From: Opitutaceae bacterium
Lineage (GTDB): Bacteria; Verrucomicrobiota; Verrucomicrobiia; Opitutales; Opitutaceae
Assembly (NCBI GenBank): GCA_965279695.1
Contig: OZ257259.1
Location: 3,724,531 to 3,788,530 of the forward strand
Reading direction: 5' to 3'
Length of the DNA: 64,000 nt
Part shown: in pieces, positions 36,975-47,643 of the stretch
Position numbering within the stretch: position 1 is the stretch's first letter
Layout: each line of letters begins with the position of its first letter
Made by a program: the position numbers and the translations under genes
The notes under the pieces: model-generated
Database searches by the model: none
What the model was told of the DNA's origin: nothing
Seen by the model: the letters and a program-made list of their open reading frames with translations, nothing else

Positions 36975-39395
36975 ATGCTCTCCGACCTCCGCTTCGCCTT
37001 CCGCCAACTCCTGAAGTCTCCCGGCTTCACGCTCGTGGCGGTCGTCGCGCTCGCGCTCGGCGTCGCCACCTCGACGACGATGTTCACGTTTTACAACGCC
37101 CTCCTCGTCCGCCCCCTCCCGTTTCTCACCGACGAAGACACCCTCCTCACCATCCGCAGCTACAACGTCCGCGAACCCCGCGACGATTTCGAAAACTCCG
37201 TCCCCGATTTTCACGACATCCGCCGCACCTCGCAGACCCTCGCCAACGCTCTCACCGCCTGGAACCGCACCTACATCCTCGGCACCAGCGAACGCCCGGA
37301 ACGCGCCCTCGGCGCCTGGATCACCGCCGACGGTTTTCAGACCCTCGGCGTCCAACCCGCCCTCGGCCGCCTCTTCCGCCCCGACGAAAGTAAACCCGGC
37401 GCCCCCCAAGTCGCGATCCTCAGCCACGCCCTCTGGCAACGCTCTTACGGCGGCAACCCCGAGATCCTCGGCCAAATCGTCACCCTCAACAACCACCCCG
37501 TCACCATCGTCGGCGTGATGCCTCCTGGCTTCGGTTTCCCGGAGACCTGCCAGCTCTGGCAACCCTTCCCCGACGACATGCAGACCGGCGAAGAAAACCG
37601 CGGCTCCCACGGCTGGCCCATCTACGCCCGCCTCAAGCCCGGCACCACGCGCGAGCAGGCCCAGGCCGAGCTCGACACCCTCGCCCGCCGCCTCGAAACC
37701 GAGCACCCCAAAACCAACACCGGCATCCGCTACCGCGCCCTCTTCATCCGCGAAGAAGCCGTGCGCGACGAGAAACTCGCGATGCAGCTCATGCTCGGCG
37801 CCGTCCTCGCCGTCCTCCTTATCGCCTGCGGCAACGTCGCCAACCTCCTCCTCGCCCGCGCCTCCGCCCGCTCCCGCGAGATCGCCGTCCGCGCCGCCCT
37901 CGGCGCCGGCCGCTTCCGCCTCATCCGCCAGCTGCTCACCGAGAGCCTCCTCCTCGGCGTCTGCGGCGGCCTCGCCGGCCTCGTCCTCACCTTCTGGCAG
38001 ATCGACTTCGTCTGCAGCTTTATCCCCGTCGAGATTCCCTTCTGGATCCGCTTCGAAATCGATTGGCGCGTCCTCGTCTTCGGCCTCGCCGCCACCACCG
38101 GCTCCAGCCTCCTCTTCGGGCTCTTCCCCGCGCTGCAAATCTCCCGCCCCGACCTCGCCCACGAACTCAAAGACGGCGGTCGCGGCGGCACTGGCTCCGG
38201 CCGCGGCCAACGTCTCCGCAGCTACCTCGTCGTCGCCCAACTCGCCCTCACCCTCGTCCTCCTCGTCATCGCCGGCCTGATGACCCGCAGCTTCCTCCAT
38301 CTCCAGTCCGCCGACCCCGGCCTCGACCCCCAAGGCGTGTTCACCTTCCGCACCGGCATCCCGCCCACCATCGACAAAGACGAGAAAAAATCCGCGCAGT
38401 TTTTCGCCACCGCCGCCGACCGCCTCCGCGAGCTCCCCGGCGTCGAACACGCCGGCTTCCTCAGCTACCTCCCGATCGCGAACTCCACCAACTACTACTC
38501 GTTCGCCATCGAGGGCCGCCCCGAACCCAAACCCGGCGAACGCCCCGCGGCCCTCTTCCGCGCCGCCACCCCCGGCGTCTTCCCCGCGCTCCGCATCCCG
38601 CTCCGCCGCGGACGCCTCTTCGACGACCGCGACACCGCCGACCACCCCTACGTCGTCCTCGTCAGCGACTCGTTTGTCCGCAAACATTTCCCCAACGAAG
38701 ATCCCCTCGGCCGCCGCCTCAGCTTCGAAGACCACAAAGACGGCGAACCAAAAAAATTCGCCACCATCGTCGGCGTCATCGGCGACATCATGCAACACCC
38801 CACCGCCCCGGAGCCCGGCGCCTCCATCTGGGTGCCGTCCGCGCAGAAACCCGATAACTTCATGAGCGCCGTCGTCCGCGTGCAGGGCGATCCCGCGACC
38901 TTTGCGCAAGCCGCCCAAGACGCCATCGTCGCCGCCCGCCCCGGCATCCCAATCTACAACCCGGCCCCGCTCACCAAAACCGCGAGCGACGCCAGGTGGT
39001 CGCAACGTTTCTTTGGTGGCCTCATGGCCAGCTTCGCGGGTCTCGCACTCTTCCTCGCCGCCCTCGGCATCTACGGCGTGATGACGTATTCGGTTTCCCA
39101 ACGCACGCAGGAGATCGGCGTCCGCATGGCGCTCGGCGCCGAACCCGCCGCCGTCGTCCGCCTCATTTTGCGCCAAGGCCTCCTCCTCGTCGCCTGCGGC
39201 CTCGTCCTCGGCTTCATCGGCGCCTGGTTCACCGCCCAACTCCTCGCCGGCTTCCTCCACGGCATCGAGCCCCACGACCCGCCCACCTTCGCCCTCGTCC
39301 CGTTGCTCCTCGCCCTCGTCGCCGCCGTCGCGTGCTACCTCCCCAGCCGCCGCGCCACCCGCATCGACCCCAACCTCGCCCTCCGCAGCGACTGA
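36975..39395 (+). CDS. ABC transporter permease, duplicated FtsX/MacB-type (ADOP family), 806 aa
   Basis: There are two FtsX-like 4-TM modules, each preceded by a large periplasmic domain. The N-terminus MLSDLRFAFRQLLKSPGFTLVAVVALALGV is typical. Confidence 0.85.
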   Translation: MLSDLRFAFRQLLKSPGFTLVAVVALALGVATSTTMFTFYNALLVRPLPFLTDEDTLLTIRSYNVREPRDDFENSVPDFHDIRRTSQTLANALTAWNRTYILGTSERPERALGAWITADGFQTLGVQPALGRLFRPDESKPGAPQVAILSHALWQRSYGGNPEILGQIVTLNNHPVTIVGVMPPGFGFPETCQLWQPFPDDMQTGEENRGSHGWPIYARLKPGTTREQAQAELDTLARRLETEHPKTNTGIRYRALFIREEAVRDEKLAMQLMLGAVLAVLLIACGNVANLLLARASARSREIAVRAALGAGRFRLIRQLLTESLLLGVCGGLAGLVLTFWQIDFVCSFIPVEIPFWIRFEIDWRVLVFGLAATTGSSLLFGLFPALQISRPDLAHELKDGGRGGTGSGRGQRLRSYLVVAQLALTLVLLVIAGLMTRSFLHLQSADPGLDPQGVFTFRTGIPPTIDKDEKKSAQFFATAADRLRELPGVEHAGFLSYLPIANSTNYYSFAIEGRPEPKPGERPAALFRAATPGVFPALRIPLRRGRLFDDRDTADHPYVVLVSDSFVRKHFPNEDPLGRRLSFEDHKDGEPKKFATIVGVIGDIMQHPTAPEPGASIWVPSAQKPDNFMSAVVRVQGDPATFAQAAQDAIVAARPGIPIYNPAPLTKTASDARWSQRFFGGLMASFAGLALFLAALGIYGVMTYSVSQRTQEIGVRMALGAEPAAVVRLILRQGLLLVACGLVLGFIGAWFTAQLLAGFLHGIEPHDPPTFALVPLLLALVAAVACYLPSRRATRIDPNLALRSD

Positions 39396-39760
39396 GCCCC
39401 GCCGCTGATCAAGGCCGGCCGCCACATGCTCCGGTAGCCGCTCGTGTTAACGAGCGGTAGCTGCGCCCGCGTTCTGCGTGTGCGAATTAGAAAACCCCTC
39501 AGTCCGTGCACTTGCCACACCCGCTCCGCCGCGCGCTTCGCCGATCAGGCGAAGCCCGCACGCGTCCGCTCGCCCGCACCGTCTCAGAAAAATCAGCGCA
39601 GATTAGCGGTTCACCCTTCTCCATTCCGCTCCCTCCCGCGCACTTAAACTTCATCTTCCCCACTTAAACTCGCCGCGCGACGCATCGCGGCGTCGCGCCG
39701 CGCCCCTTTTCGCTTCATTTCCCCCGCGCGCCCGCCCACGTTGGCCGGCTTAACCCCCTC

Positions 39761-42106
39761 ATGCCCGCCTTCGCTCTCACCATCTTCACCGGCGCGTTTC
39801 TCCTCTTCCAAGTCCAACCGCTCGTCGGGAAATACATCCTGCCGTGGTTCGGTGGCGGCCCCGGCATCTGGACGACGTGCATGTTGTTTTTCCAACTGCT
39901 CCTCCTCGGCGGCTACGCCTACGCCCACGCCGTGAGCCGCTACCTGCGGCCGCGCACGCAGGCAATTCTCCACCTCGTCTTGCTCGCCGCCGCCCTCGCC
40001 TCACTCCCGATCACGCCGAGCGACACGTGGAAACCCACCGATGCCAGTGATCCCGTATGGCGTATCCTCGCCCTTCTCACCGTCAGCCTCGGGCTCCCGT
40101 ATCTCGTCCTGTCCGCCACCGGCCCGCTCCTCCAAGAATGGTTTCGGCGCACCTCCCCTGGCGCCTCGCCCTACCGCCTCTATGCGCTCTCCAACGTCGG
40201 CTCGCTCCTCGCGCTGATCAGTTACCCGTTCTACTTCGAAACGAATTTCACCCGTCTCGCACAAGCCCAATTCTGGTCCTGGGGACTCGTATTCTACGCC
40301 GCCTGCTGCGGCTTCTGCGCGTGGCGCGTCATCAAAACATCCCCGGCCGCGTCCGCCTCCTCCGCGCCCACCACGTCCGCTTCCTCTTCTCTCCCCGTCT
40401 CCGCTCTCCCCCTCTCTCCCTCTTCGGATACCCCCGCCCCGCGCCCGACCCTCTATCAACGCGTCCTCTGGCTCTGCCTGCCCGCCTGCGCCTCGATCCT
40501 CCTCCTCGCCGTCACCAACAAGATGTGCCAGGACGTCGCCGTCATTCCGTTCCTCTGGGTGCTCCCGCTCGCCCTATATCTCGTCACCTTCATTATCAGT
40601 TTCGACAGTCCGCGCTGGTATTCACGTTTCTGGTTCACGCTCCTGCTCGTCGTCGCGATGGTCGCCATCTGTCACGCGATCTTCGAAGGCGCCGATATGC
40701 CGATCATCCAACAGGTCGTGATCTACTCCGCCACCATGTTCGTCGGCGCAATGATCTGCCACGGCGAACTCTACCGCCAAAAACCCCACCCGTCCCACCT
40801 CACGTCTTACTACCTCATGATTTCCGCCGGCGGTGCGGTCGGCGGCCTGTTCGTGGCCCTCGTCGCCCCGGCCATTTTTAACAACTACTACGAGATGCAC
40901 CTCAGCCTCGTGCTGGTCGTGCTCCTGCTGCTCGCCCTTTCGTTCACCGATGCCGCCGCCCTGAGTCCGTGGCGCACACGCGTGCTCACCGGCGTCCTCG
41001 CGCTCGCCGCCACCTTCGGCGCCGATCACGCGCTCACCGCGGGCGTCGCCCTCCTCCGCAATCACGACCTCGCGTGGCTCGCGTCGTTCGAAATTTTCTG
41101 GACCGACCACACGCGCGCCGGCCTGCACTGGCCGTTCTGGATCGCCGTCGCCGTGTTCGCCGCCGCCTTCGCGTTTCTCCGTCGGCGCCGGCCCGCACCC
41201 GCCGACGCCCGCTTCGCCACGTGCAGCCTCCTCGGCCTCGGTCTGTGCAGTCTCGTCGTCATGCTGCTCGTGCAGATCCGCACCAACTCGAGCGACGCCC
41301 TCGTGAGCGCGCGGAATTTCTACGGCGTGCTCGCCGTCAACGAATACGAAAAAGGCAACGAGTCCTCGCACCACTATCTCCTGCAGCACGGGCGCATCAC
41401 GCACGGCTTCCAATTCGCCTCGCCCGATCTCGCCACGAAACCGACCTCCTACTTCGGCCCGCTGAGCGGACTCGCCCTCGCCCTGCGTAATTTCCCGCGT
41501 CAGGAAAACCAGCGCATCGGCCTCCTCGGCCTCGGCGTCGGCACCATCGCTGCCTACGGCAAACCCGGCGACTACCTCCGCATCTATGAAATCGATCCGC
41601 AGGTCACCGCCATCGCCGCGAAGCCTTTCACCTACCTCGCCCGCAGCCCCGCCAAAATCGACATCGTCATGGGCGACGGCCGCCTCTCGCTCGAACACGA
41701 GCCGCCGCAGAATTTCGACTTCATCATCATGGACGCCTTCAGCAGCGACGCCGTCCCCGTGCACCTGCTCACGAAAGAGGCCTTCGCCATTTACCAACGC
41801 CACCTGAAGCCCGACGGCGCGATCATCGTGAACATCTCCAACCGCTACCTCGATCTCCGCCCCGTCGTGGAAAACGCGGCCCGCGCCTTCGGCCTGCAGG
41901 TCCACCAAATCGAGTGCGAAGACGGCGCCAGCGACGAAGAAGAAGGCGCCTGGTGGCTCTACGGCTCGACGTTTATGATCCTGAGCAAAAACCAGGAGTT
42001 CATGGCCAACCCCCGGCTCACTGCCGCCGCCAGCCCGCCCGCCGGCCCCAACTCCATTCCCCTCTGGACCGACGACTACACGAGCATGTTTCGCGTGCTA
42101 AAATAG
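39761..42106 (+). CDS. Spermidine-synthase-like (aminopropyltransferase fold) protein fused to large N-terminal polytopic membrane domain
   Basis: The N-terminus is about 500 aa with at least 12 TM helices. The C-terminus carries a class I MTase / spermidine synthase motif, DIVMGDGRLSLEHEPPQNFDFIIMDAFSSDAVP. Confidence 0.7.
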   Translation: MPAFALTIFTGAFLLFQVQPLVGKYILPWFGGGPGIWTTCMLFFQLLLLGGYAYAHAVSRYLRPRTQAILHLVLLAAALASLPITPSDTWKPTDASDPVWRILALLTVSLGLPYLVLSATGPLLQEWFRRTSPGASPYRLYALSNVGSLLALISYPFYFETNFTRLAQAQFWSWGLVFYAACCGFCAWRVIKTSPAASASSAPTTSASSSLPVSALPLSPSSDTPAPRPTLYQRVLWLCLPACASILLLAVTNKMCQDVAVIPFLWVLPLALYLVTFIISFDSPRWYSRFWFTLLLVVAMVAICHAIFEGADMPIIQQVVIYSATMFVGAMICHGELYRQKPHPSHLTSYYLMISAGGAVGGLFVALVAPAIFNNYYEMHLSLVLVVLLLLALSFTDAAALSPWRTRVLTGVLALAATFGADHALTAGVALLRNHDLAWLASFEIFWTDHTRAGLHWPFWIAVAVFAAAFAFLRRRRPAPADARFATCSLLGLGLCSLVVMLLVQIRTNSSDALVSARNFYGVLAVNEYEKGNESSHHYLLQHGRITHGFQFASPDLATKPTSYFGPLSGLALALRNFPRQENQRIGLLGLGVGTIAAYGKPGDYLRIYEIDPQVTAIAAKPFTYLARSPAKIDIVMGDGRLSLEHEPPQNFDFIIMDAFSSDAVPVHLLTKEAFAIYQRHLKPDGAIIVNISNRYLDLRPVVENAARAFGLQVHQIECEDGASDEEEGAWWLYGSTFMILSKNQEFMANPRLTAAASPPAGPNSIPLWTDDYTSMFRVLK

Positions 42107-42133
42107 CACCCGCCACGAAACAAATTCCTCCCC

Positions 42134-43096
42134 TCACCACAGCCGCTTCGCCCGCTGCGCCTCGACCTGGCTTTCCGCCGCGTCGTCGAGTTCGCTGAGG
42201 AAATCGAGCCCCGTGCGTCGTTGGATTTCCGTTACACTCGTCAGGTAGCGCTCCGGATCGATCGAGGCCGGCGCGTCCTGCGGCACGACGAAGGCCAGCG
42301 TGCGCAGCTTCCCTTCGTTTTCGTCGATCACGATCAGGAAAAACGCCTCCGGCACCGCGACGCTGCCGCGCAATTTTTTCGGCGCCGCGCCAAACACCGG
42401 CCCCGTGAGCACCCAGACTTCCTCGTAGCGGGCCGGATAACTCGTCGCGATTTTCAGCTCCAATTCCTTCCACAGCCCCGCATTCAGCGAATGGAGCTGC
42501 GGCGTGATGTTCGACATGAGAAACGTCTCTTTCTGCGCAACCGCGCCGTAACGCGTGGCGATCGCGTAGTTGGGCGCAAGGTGTCCGCGGTCGTAGCCGC
42601 TGTTTGCGTAGTCCGTCGGCGAAATCCGCGCCGCCGTGCGCCGGTCGGTCTCGAATTTTTCCGGCCGCGCTCCCGCCGCGGGCAAGGTCGCGAGATCGCG
42701 CACGCGGTAGGCCGCCCACACCGGATTGCCGAGCGCATCGCTATAGCCGACCGCGTAGCCTTGGTTCGTCAGCACGCGGAAACTCGGCGCATTGGCTCCC
42801 GTGCCCGGCCGCGGTGCGCCGCCGTAGACGAGCGTCTTGTCGCCACTGGCAATGCGCCCGGTCGCGCTGTCGGCGTAGTAGAGTTGCCAAATATCCCACG
42901 CGACATCGAGGGCGGTGACGCGTTTGTTGTGCTCGAGGGCATTCTCCACCAACCGCCGCACCTCGCGTTGGCGCGATGCCGGTTGCGCGACAAACCAACC
43001 GCCGAGCAGCACGCCCACCGCGAGATTGAGCGCGAGAAAGAAACGCACCGCGCCGCGGGGCACGGGAAAGCGGAGAGGTTTGGCGCGGCGCGGCAT
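42134..43096 (-). CDS. Secreted/anchored DNA/RNA non-specific endonuclease (Serratia NucA family)
   Basis: The active-site motif is GYDRGHLAPN. It has an N-terminal TM/signal anchor. Confidence 0.8.
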   Translation of the reverse strand: MPRRAKPLRFPVPRGAVRFFLALNLAVGVLLGGWFVAQPASRQREVRRLVENALEHNKRVTALDVAWDIWQLYYADSATGRIASGDKTLVYGGAPRPGTGANAPSFRVLTNQGYAVGYSDALGNPVWAAYRVRDLATLPAAGARPEKFETDRRTAARISPTDYANSGYDRGHLAPNYAIATRYGAVAQKETFLMSNITPQLHSLNAGLWKELELKIATSYPARYEEVWVLTGPVFGAAPKKLRGSVAVPEAFFLIVIDENEGKLRTLAFVVPQDAPASIDPERYLTSVTEIQRRTGLDFLSELDDAAESQVEAQRAKRLW

Positions 43097-43201
43097 GTCG
43101 CGAGGAAGGTTTCCATTTGTCGCCCACGCACAAGCCCGGCTTCATCGAATTCATCCCTGCCCGCGAATTCGTGCCGCGCGCTCCCCGGCCCTCCCATTTC
43201 C

Positions 43202-44377
43202 ATGAAATTTTTTCTGCTCTGCGCCGCTCTCCTCGCCGCTGTCGTTAGTCGCGCCGCCGCGCCCACCGAGGTCCGCGTTCGCGATGCGGCTGAGTTCCGC
43301 GCCGCGCTCGCCGCGGCGAAGCCCGGCACGCGGCTCCTGCTCGCGGGCGGTGCGTATGGCGGCGGGTTTCAGCGCGCAAATCTGCGCGGCGAGCCCGGTC
43401 GGCCCATCTTAATCGCCGCCGCCGATCCGCAGAACCCGCCCGTTTTCTCAAACGCCAAAACCGGCCTGCAGCTCTCCAATCCGGCGCACATCGAGTTGCA
43501 CGATCTTGTTTTCGAAAAACTGTCCGACAATGGCCTGAACATCGACGACGGCGGGATCTTCTCAGAAGGAGATGCCGGCGCGCACCACGTGGTGCTCCGC
43601 GGCCTCGTCGCGCGCGACGTCGGCGCGACCGGCAACCAAGACGGCATCAAGCTCTCTGGTCTCCGGGATTTTCGCGTCGAAGGCTGCACCATCGAGCGCT
43701 GGGGCACGGGCGGTGGCTCGGCGATCGACATGGTCGGTTGCCATCGGGGCGTCGTGATCGACTGCGTCATCCGTCACCGCGAGCCCGAGCCGCCCAATTG
43801 CACTGGCGTGCAGTGCAAAGGCGGCACGAGCGAGGTCGCGATTCTGCGCAACCGCTTCGAACACGCCGGCGGTCGTGCGGTGAATATCGGCGGCAGCACC
43901 GGCCGGCCGTTTTTCCGTCCGCCACTCGTGGCCGGCGCGGCGCCCGGCACTTACGCCGAGGCGCGTGCGATCCGCGTCGAGGGCAACACGTTTGTCGGCG
44001 GCATGGCGACTATGGGCTTCGTCGGCGTCGACGGCGCCGTCGTGCGCTTCAACACCATCGAGCGGCCCGGTCGCTGGGCGCTGCGCATTTTGCAGGAGAA
44101 TCGCGCGCCGGACTTCATCGCCTGCCGCGGCGGCGTGTTTTCCGACAACGTGATTGCCTTCGATTCCGCCGCGTGGGCTTCGGGCGGCGTCAATCTCGGA
44201 CCGGGCACCGCGCCCGAGACGTTTTCGTTTGCGCGCAATTGGTGGTGGTGCCGCGACCGTCCCGACCGCAGCCGGCCGACGCTGCCCACGCCGGAAGTCG
44301 ACGGTGTCTACGGCCGCGATCCCGTGGAGGCGAAAGGCCAAGCCGGCGCAGGTGCGTGGCGCGGTGAAAAATTGTAG
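43202..44377 (+). CDS. Secreted right-handed parallel beta-helix repeat protein (pectate-lyase-fold)
   Basis: It has the signal peptide MKFFLLCAALLAAVVSRAAAP. There are repeated beta-helix coil motifs (NxxDGI, GxxxIxxN). The start is moved from the spurious track start at 42221. Confidence 0.6.
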   Translation: MKFFLLCAALLAAVVSRAAAPTEVRVRDAAEFRAALAAAKPGTRLLLAGGAYGGGFQRANLRGEPGRPILIAAADPQNPPVFSNAKTGLQLSNPAHIELHDLVFEKLSDNGLNIDDGGIFSEGDAGAHHVVLRGLVARDVGATGNQDGIKLSGLRDFRVEGCTIERWGTGGGSAIDMVGCHRGVVIDCVIRHREPEPPNCTGVQCKGGTSEVAILRNRFEHAGGRAVNIGGSTGRPFFRPPLVAGAAPGTYAEARAIRVEGNTFVGGMATMGFVGVDGAVVRFNTIERPGRWALRILQENRAPDFIACRGGVFSDNVIAFDSAAWASGGVNLGPGTAPETFSFARNWWWCRDRPDRSRPTLPTPEVDGVYGRDPVEAKGQAGAGAWRGEKL

Positions 44378-44435
44378 GCCACTCGTTCGGAATCAGGCTG
44401 GAGCAGTCGCGCCGACCTGTCACTTTCGCGCTACT

Positions 44436-46529
44436 ATGCGCCTGCTTTCACTCCCCTTTTTTCTCGTCGCTGCGCTCGTCTCGCTCCGCGCGGCGACGGC
44501 TCCCACGACGGCCGATGTCGTGATTTACGGCGGCACTTCCTCCGGTGTCGCCGCCGCGATTCAGACTGCCCGCATGGGCAAGACCGCCGTGCTCATCGAG
44601 CCCACGCAATTTCTCGGCGGCCTCACCACCGGCGGCCTCGGCGCCACGGATATCGGCAACAAGCGCGCCATCGGCGGCATCTCCCGCGAGTTCTACGGGC
44701 GCATCTGGGAGCACTACCAGAAACCCGGCTCGTGGACGCGCCAGTCGCGCGCCGACTACTTCGACCGCCGGAACAAGACCACCGGCGCCGACGAGAAGAC
44801 GATGTGGACCTTTGAGCCCCACGTCGCGACGAAGGTCTACGACGACATGCTCCGCGAAGCCGGCGCCAAAATCACCGTCGTGCGCGGCGAGCGTCTCGAT
44901 CTCGCGAAGGGCAAGGGCGTCGTCAAAGACGGCGCGCGCATCGTGCGCATCGTGATGGAGAGCGGCCGCGCGTTTGCGGCACCCATGTTTATCGACGCCA
45001 CCTACGAAGGCGATCTGCTCGCCAAAGCCGGCGTGAGCTACCACGTCGGCCGCGAGGCCAACGCCGTTTACGGCGAGACCATCAATGGCGTGCAAGTCGC
45101 GCACACCGTGAGCCACCAGTTTACCAAGAAAGTCGATCCCTACGTGAAGCCCGGCGATCCGAAGAGCGGCCTCCTCCCCGGCATCAATCCCGACGGCCCC
45201 GGCGTCGAATTTTCCGGTGACCGCAAAGTGCAGGCCTACAATTTCCGCATGACCACGACCGATGTGCCGGAAAATCGCCGCGTGTGGGAGAAGCCCGCCA
45301 ACTACGATCCGCAATGGTTCGAACTCGCGCTCCGCAACGTCGAGGCCGGCGATCATCGCATCTCGTGGAATCCCGTCTGGATGCCCAACCGGAAGACCGA
45401 CACGAACAACAATTTCGCGATCAGCACCGATTTCATCGGGCAAAATTGGGACTACCCCGAGGCCGACTACGCCACGCGCGCGAAGATCGTGCAGGCCCAC
45501 GTCGATTGGCAGAAAGGCCTGATGTGGACCTACGCGCACCACCCGCGCGTCCCCGAAAAAATCCGCGCCGAGTTCCAGCGCCTCGGCCTTGCGAAAGATG
45601 AGTTTACCGACAACGACAACTGGCCGCGTCAGATGTATGTGCGCGAGGCGCGCCGCATGGTGAGCGATTACGTGATGACCGAGAAGAACTGCATCCGCGC
45701 CGAAGTCGCCCCCGACAGCGTCGGCATGGGTGCCTACAATATGGATTCGCACAACATCCAGCGCTTCGTGACCGCCGAGGGCTTCGTGCGCAACGAAGGC
45801 GACGTGCAGGTGCGCGTGCGCCCCTACCCGATCAGCTACCGCAGCCTCCGCCCGCGCGCTTCCGAGTGCACCAATCTTCTCGCGCCGGCCTGCCTCAGCT
45901 CTTCGCACATCGCCTTCGGTTCCATCCGCATGGAGCCCGTTTTCATGGTCCTCGGCCAGAGCGCCGCGACCGCCGCTGTGCACGCGATCGACGAGCGCAC
46001 GACGATTCAGAAAATCGACGCGAAGAAACTCGAAGCCCGTCTCCTCAAAGACGGCCAGGTGCTCGATTTCGTGAGCGACCCGCTCCCGCCGCGCAACGGA
46101 CCGAAACAAGCGAATCCTCCCGGCATCGTGGTCGATGACGACGCGGCGCAGTTAAAAGGCTTCCGTTCTTCCAGTGGCGCCAACTCCCCCTTCGTCGGCC
46201 ACGGCTATCTCCACGATGCTAATACGGACAAAGGCGAGCAGACCGCGCGCTTCACGCCCGAACTGCCGAAGGACGGCCGCTACACCGTCGCGATAGCCTA
46301 TCCCGTGAACGCAAACCGCGCCTCCAACGTGCCCGTCACGATCCGTCACGCCGACGGCGAGACCAAGGTCGTGCTCGACCAAAAGAAGAAGCCCGCCGTC
46401 GACGGCCTGCTCCAGCCCGTGGGCACCTTCCGTTTCACGAAAGGCAAAGCCGGCTACGTCGAATTCTCCAACGCCGGCACCGACGGCTACGTCGTGGTCG
46501 ACGCCGTGCAGTGGCTCGAAGCGAAGTGA
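44436..46529 (+). CDS. FAD-dependent oxidoreductase (FAD_oxidored/PF12831-like) with C-terminal accessory domain, secreted
   Basis: It has a signal peptide, then the FAD-binding motif VVIYGGTSSGVAAAIQTARMGKTAVLIEP (GxGxxG). It is 697 aa long. The start is moved to ATG 44436. Confidence 0.65.
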   Translation: MRLLSLPFFLVAALVSLRAATAPTTADVVIYGGTSSGVAAAIQTARMGKTAVLIEPTQFLGGLTTGGLGATDIGNKRAIGGISREFYGRIWEHYQKPGSWTRQSRADYFDRRNKTTGADEKTMWTFEPHVATKVYDDMLREAGAKITVVRGERLDLAKGKGVVKDGARIVRIVMESGRAFAAPMFIDATYEGDLLAKAGVSYHVGREANAVYGETINGVQVAHTVSHQFTKKVDPYVKPGDPKSGLLPGINPDGPGVEFSGDRKVQAYNFRMTTTDVPENRRVWEKPANYDPQWFELALRNVEAGDHRISWNPVWMPNRKTDTNNNFAISTDFIGQNWDYPEADYATRAKIVQAHVDWQKGLMWTYAHHPRVPEKIRAEFQRLGLAKDEFTDNDNWPRQMYVREARRMVSDYVMTEKNCIRAEVAPDSVGMGAYNMDSHNIQRFVTAEGFVRNEGDVQVRVRPYPISYRSLRPRASECTNLLAPACLSSSHIAFGSIRMEPVFMVLGQSAATAAVHAIDERTTIQKIDAKKLEARLLKDGQVLDFVSDPLPPRNGPKQANPPGIVVDDDAAQLKGFRSSSGANSPFVGHGYLHDANTDKGEQTARFTPELPKDGRYTVAIAYPVNANRASNVPVTIRHADGETKVVLDQKKKPAVDGLLQPVGTFRFTKGKAGYVEFSNAGTDGYVVVDAVQWLEAK

Positions 46530-46531
46530 CG

Positions 46532-46557
46532 TAGGGCAGGGTCTCTGACCCGCCCTA
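46532..46557. terminator. Stem-loop between convergent genes, followed by UAUUUCUU on plus strand (putative intrinsic terminator)
   Basis: The stem is tagggcaggg / cccgcccta with a 7-nt loop tctctga. It lies immediately after the stop at 46527-46529. Confidence 0.4.
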
Positions 46558-46566
46558 TTTCTTCAC

Positions 46567-47616
46567 TCAAAACTTCGGCAGTTTCTCCCCGCAGTCTGGA
46601 TCGAGCGCCGTCGCCGTGCCGACGGCCTCGACCGGATGCGTGAAGAGATATTTCCACACGGCTTCGTGGACGAATTTTCCTTTGGCATCCTTGGCGGCCG
46701 AGCCGCCGGGAACCACCGAGCCGTGCGCGCGCTTGGCGTCACCCTTTACGTCGAACTTCGTGATGAGCCGGCGTGAGTTGCCCCACGGCGCGGCGTTCGC
46801 ATCGACATCCGTAATCGGGCCGAACGCGTGTAGCCCGAGCATCTGCCACGAGCGACAGTAGTGATCGCCAGTCCAGCCACTGTCGAGGACGTGGCTGAAT
46901 CCAAAAAACCGATTCGCCGGCGTGGCCGACGGAAATCCCTGCCAGCTTTCGAGTTGGTCGCGCGGTCCGCAGAACATCACGACGCGGTCCACGCGTTGGT
47001 GCACCGCGAAGCGCGCCGCCGAAGTCGCGCCGTGCGACGACCCGGCAATGATCACTCGGTCCCAACGCAGCCCGGCGCCGTCAGCCGCGATGAACTGATC
47101 CCAGCGCGCCTGCGGATTCTCTTTCGCGAGCCATTTCACAAACTGAAACGCGCGCTCTTGCATCCCGTCGGGTTTCGGAATCGCGCAGAGCGGCGAGAAG
47201 TCTTCGCCCGTCGTGGCCTCGAGGCGCATCTTTCCGAGGCTCGTGCCATCGTCGCGCGCCTGGGTGGGAATGATCCCGAACCACTTGTTGGCGTAGCTGA
47301 CTTGGATCGCGTGCAGCCCGTAGTCGCCGAGGCGCTCGAAGAGCGGGCCGCTGTAGCCCATGAGCCAGATCACGAGACGGCCGCGCGGCGCGACGCGCGT
47401 ATCGACGACGGCGTTTTCCACGTCCTGCGGTTTGCCGGCCTTGTCTTTGAAAACGAAATCGATCGCGGGATGTTCCCGCGTGCGCGGATCGATCTCACTC
47501 GCACGTTTGGTGAGATGATGACGCTGCGGCGTTTTGTCGGCGTAAGCCGGCGCGGCGGATTCGGCGGCGATGCCGGCAGTGGAGAGGAATAAAAACAGAA
47601 TGAGGTGAGCGCGCAT
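46567..47616 (-). CDS. Secreted alpha/beta-hydrolase fold esterase
   Basis: It has a signal peptide. The nucleophile elbow is IIAGSSHGATS (GxSxG). Confidence 0.65.
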   Translation of the reverse strand: MRAHLILFLFLSTAGIAAESAAPAYADKTPQRHHLTKRASEIDPRTREHPAIDFVFKDKAGKPQDVENAVVDTRVAPRGRLVIWLMGYSGPLFERLGDYGLHAIQVSYANKWFGIIPTQARDDGTSLGKMRLEATTGEDFSPLCAIPKPDGMQERAFQFVKWLAKENPQARWDQFIAADGAGLRWDRVIIAGSSHGATSAARFAVHQRVDRVVMFCGPRDQLESWQGFPSATPANRFFGFSHVLDSGWTGDHYCRSWQMLGLHAFGPITDVDANAAPWGNSRRLITKFDVKGDAKRAHGSVVPGGSAAKDAKGKFVHEAVWKYLFTHPVEAVGTATALDPDCGEKLPKF

Positions 47617-47643
47617 GGCAGTGGTGGGAGTTGGGGAGCGAGA

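Noticed and set aside
36942-39425. 827-aa minus-strand ORF
   Set aside because: It is an antisense shadow of the FtsX-type ABC permease. It encodes a G/A/E/D-rich product with no motifs.
42221-43201. N-terminal 327 codons of track ORF 42221..44377
   Set aside because: That portion is antisense to the NucA nuclease gene. The real gene starts at the signal-peptide Met at 43202.
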